Origin: Candidatus Krumholzibacteriia bacterium
Lineage (GTDB): Bacteria; Krumholzibacteriota; Krumholzibacteriia; LZORAL124-64-63
NCBI GenBank assembly: GCA_036351155.1
Contig: JAZBOO010000129.1
Location: 1-17,361 of the forward strand
DNA length: 17,361 nt
Direction of reading: 5' to 3'
Shown here: piece after piece, positions 15,421 through 17,361 of the stretch
How the letters are laid out: each line of letters starts with the position of its first letter
Position numbering within the stretch: position 1 is the first letter of the stretch
Notes under the pieces: model-generated
Databases searched by the model: none
What the model was told of the DNA's origin: nothing
Seen by the model: the letters and a program-made list of their open reading frames with translations, nothing else
Program-made: the position numbers and the translations under genes

Positions 15421-15840
15421 CTAACTTCCGCCCAACCCCCGGAGACTCCACACAATCAAGGTGCCGACCCCCAACAGGACCGCAACAGAGGTGGTATTCG
15501 CCAGCTTGGCATACCTGGGGTAGACCAGTTCTCGGACCGCCACAATATCCTCGAGTGGAATACTCAGACAAGCACGGGAAAACTCCGCCGAACTGGTCAG
15601 AACCGTGACCGAAGTCGAGCCCAGGGAGTTTACTATGCCCCGCACTTCCTGGCCAGAGACAAGAGTCATCTGGACTTCCGACCCCACCTTCACTTCTCGA
15701 TACTCGTGATCATGGCCACCGGGAGACAGGGGAGCCGAGCCCGGCAAACGGGACAGCCGGAATTGAGGTCCCGCACACCCGGACAAGATCACCAGGAGCA
15801 ACAGTGAAAGCCACAGGCGCCGATCAGCGAAGTTCCACAT
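15421..15840 (-). CDS. Hypothetical lipoprotein with Sm/LSm-like beta pattern and C-terminal hydrophobic helix
   Basis: ATG 15840 gives MWNFADRRLWLSLLLLVILSGC (lipobox LSGC) and overlaps the upstream stop by 17 nt. The ORF-track start at 15996 lies deep inside the upstream gene and is unlikely. Confidence 0.65.
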   Translation of the reverse strand: MWNFADRRLWLSLLLLVILSGCAGPQFRLSRLPGSAPLSPGGHDHEYREVKVGSEVQMTLVSGQEVRGIVNSLGSTSVTVLTSSAEFSRACLSIPLEDIVAVRELVYPRYAKLANTTSVAVLLGVGTLIVWSLRGLGGS

Positions 15841-16558
15841 CAACCTGGCATCCATTCGTGGGATCGACTTCGGTCCATGGGCCTGGCGTCCCGCCGGGAT
15901 AGCTGGGATGGTAGACCCAGGTGCGAACGCGCCAGGCAAACCGCCCTTGCGGGATATCCGGCCCGTCTTCCACCTCGACCACCAGATCCTCACCAAACCC
16001 CAGACAGGGGTTCACGATCTCGAACTTGCCCTCGGCATCGGTCCGGGCCTGGATGCGGACATGGTCCAGAACAAAGGCGTGGTCCCACTGGCCATAGTCT
16101 CCGCCCGATTCCCCGGAGTTACGCAGGAGCACAAGGGGTCTCTCGTCCACACCTGCCGAGGTGGTCAGACGAATCCACAACGGTTGATCCGTCAGCTGCC
16201 GGCCTTCGGCATCCTCACCTCCCACCTCGATGAAATGGGTGCCCGAGGGAAGATCCAGTTCCCTCGTTCGAAAGATTTCATCCCGGCACCAGCTCACTTC
16301 CTCGACGACGACCTGGCCCGGTTCCGCAAGAGCAAACTCGATCATGCTGGCCGGACGCTGGGCAAAGTGGAACTCCAGATCCAGGAGGATCAAGGCTTCA
16401 GCCACGGGTTCCTGATTGCTGTCGAGCACGGTGCCGGAGATGGTCAGAGGCTCCGAGGTCGGCTCCACCGGATCATCATCACAGGCGGCCAAAAAGAGAG
16501 GCATGGAGATGGTCATGATCACGGCAAGAAAACGAGCAAGGTGGAAGTGAGAACTCAC
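15824..16558 (-). CDS. Hypothetical lipoprotein (carboxypeptidase-regulatory/transthyretin-like beta sandwich with inserted FlgD-Ig-like segment)
   Basis: GTG start; lipobox LAAC followed by DDDPVEP. ISGTVLDSNQEPVAEALI and ARTDAEGKFEI are the two halves of a CarboxypepD_reg-like pattern. Confidence 0.72.
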   Translation of the reverse strand: MSSHFHLARFLAVIMTISMPLFLAACDDDPVEPTSEPLTISGTVLDSNQEPVAEALILLDLEFHFAQRPASMIEFALAEPGQVVVEEVSWCRDEIFRTRELDLPSGTHFIEVGGEDAEGRQLTDQPLWIRLTTSAGVDERPLVLLRNSGESGGDYGQWDHAFVLDHVRIQARTDAEGKFEIVNPCLGFGEDLVVEVEDGPDIPQGRFAWRVRTWVYHPSYPGGTPGPWTEVDPTNGCQVDVELR

Positions 16559-16568
16559 CAGGGCACCC

Positions 16569-17204
16569 CTACGGTTTGGACTGTGGCATCAAAGACATGA
16601 CATGTTCCATATAGCGACGGAACGATGCGAACGACTCCGCTTCATCGAACTCCAGGGATAACACAGTCTCATCCCTGCCCAGCCGTCCCACCGCGTTCCA
16701 GCCATTGCTGTTCCGCTGAAAACGCAGCTCCAGTACCCCGTTTCTCTTGGCCTGCTCCCTCCCGTGGATAAAACTCAAATACTCGCCGTTTTCATAGGGC
16801 AGAGCCATGCCGATACGCGCTTCGCAGTCGGACAGATACCGGACCAGATCCATGGTCTGGTCGTGGTCGAGAACTGCGCCCGCATCGAGCCTGAAATGAT
16901 TATACGGGTTGGGAGTCGGGGCCGGTCGGTAATTTCTGCGCGGGGCGATGATGATGAAGCAGGACTGACGATCATCCTCCCCGAGAAAGATGCCGTACAA
17001 CCCCAGTTCGGCATAATCTCCCGGAGCCGAAACGTATCGAAGTTCACTGCTGGTGTAGCCCGACTCAGGATCCGGATTCCATTCCGTGTAAGAGTGGTGC
17101 CAGCCATCATAAACTCTGTTGGCCGCCGGGGAACATCCCGACAAAATCAACAGCGCCAACAGGGAAACCAGTGCAAAAAAACGCAACAGGGGAATCTCCT
17201 TCAT
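16569..17204 (-). CDS. Hypothetical lipoprotein
   Basis: MKEIPLLRFFALVSLLALLILSGC lipoprotein signal; 211-aa ORF ending 10 nt before the next gene's start. No family recognised. Confidence 0.7.
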   Translation of the reverse strand: MKEIPLLRFFALVSLLALLILSGCSPAANRVYDGWHHSYTEWNPDPESGYTSSELRYVSAPGDYAELGLYGIFLGEDDRQSCFIIIAPRRNYRPAPTPNPYNHFRLDAGAVLDHDQTMDLVRYLSDCEARIGMALPYENGEYLSFIHGREQAKRNGVLELRFQRNSNGWNAVGRLGRDETVLSLEFDEAESFASFRRYMEHVMSLMPQSKP

Positions 17205-17361
17205 CGTGAAGCCGTGGAATAGTTCTGGACCCTTCTCATCCTACCAACCCCAATTCTGACAAACAATTCCCATAATCCCCAGCAAAAACAGACCCACCGG
17301 CCTGCCCAGCTATACCACCCACGCCGCGGGCGCTAGACCCACCGTCCAGAAACAGAAAACG

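Noticed and set aside
15374..15571. 65-aa minus-strand ORF ending just before mgtC (possible leader peptide or frameshifted tail)
   Set aside because: It mostly overlaps the lipoprotein gene in another frame, has no clear RBS, and does not resemble the short Pro-rich MgtC leader peptides. No evidence for a frameshift.
14718..15608. 296-aa plus-strand ORF opposite mgtC
   Set aside because: Antisense to a clear MgtC gene; low-complexity, motif-free translation.
15841..15996. N-terminal extension of the 15421-15996 ORF
   Set aside because: It overlaps the upstream lipoprotein gene by more than 170 nt. ATG 15840 yields a proper lipoprotein signal peptide.
17205..17361. Possible 3' end of another minus-strand gene or an ncRNA at the window edge
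   Set aside because: Short open frames exist (one ends ...LGLVG-stop) but none is distinguishable from chance. No tRNA cloverleaf or terminator seen.
1..17361. CRISPR arrays, IS elements, integrases, rRNA/tRNA, defence systems
   Set aside because: No regularly spaced repeats, terminal inverted repeats, transposase/integrase motifs or structural RNA signatures were seen by eye.

Overview
GC-rich bacterial chromosomal window, densely coding, from a diderm (outer-membrane FadL channel, several lipoproteins). I found no rRNA, tRNA, CRISPR array or mobile element. Left to right: (1) the 5'-truncated gene for a giant (>1400 aa) protein combining an acyl-CoA-synthetase/ANL adenylation domain, a helical region, an apparent degenerate protein-kinase-like domain and a C-terminal GNAT domain; (2) a convergent minus-strand run of hybrid histidine kinase, membrane hypothetical, Rrf2 regulator (with a candidate IscR-like operator), STAS anti-anti-sigma protein and PrsW-family protease; (3) a biotin-ligase-fold protein with a remodelled biotin pocket, divergent from a FadL + SGNH-lipase lipoprotein operon that ends in a clear intrinsic terminator; (4) rhomboid protease + GT2 glycosyltransferase; (5) a partly lower-GC minus-strand run of three uncharacterised lipoproteins followed by MgtC. 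The most unusual items are the ANL-pseudokinase-GNAT fusion, whose A10 catalytic lysine position reads Ser, and the atypical BPL-fold ligase beside fatty-acid uptake genes. Together they may indicate an undescribed acyl-sensing or protein-acylation system. That link is inference; all family assignments are by-eye motif recognition without database searches.
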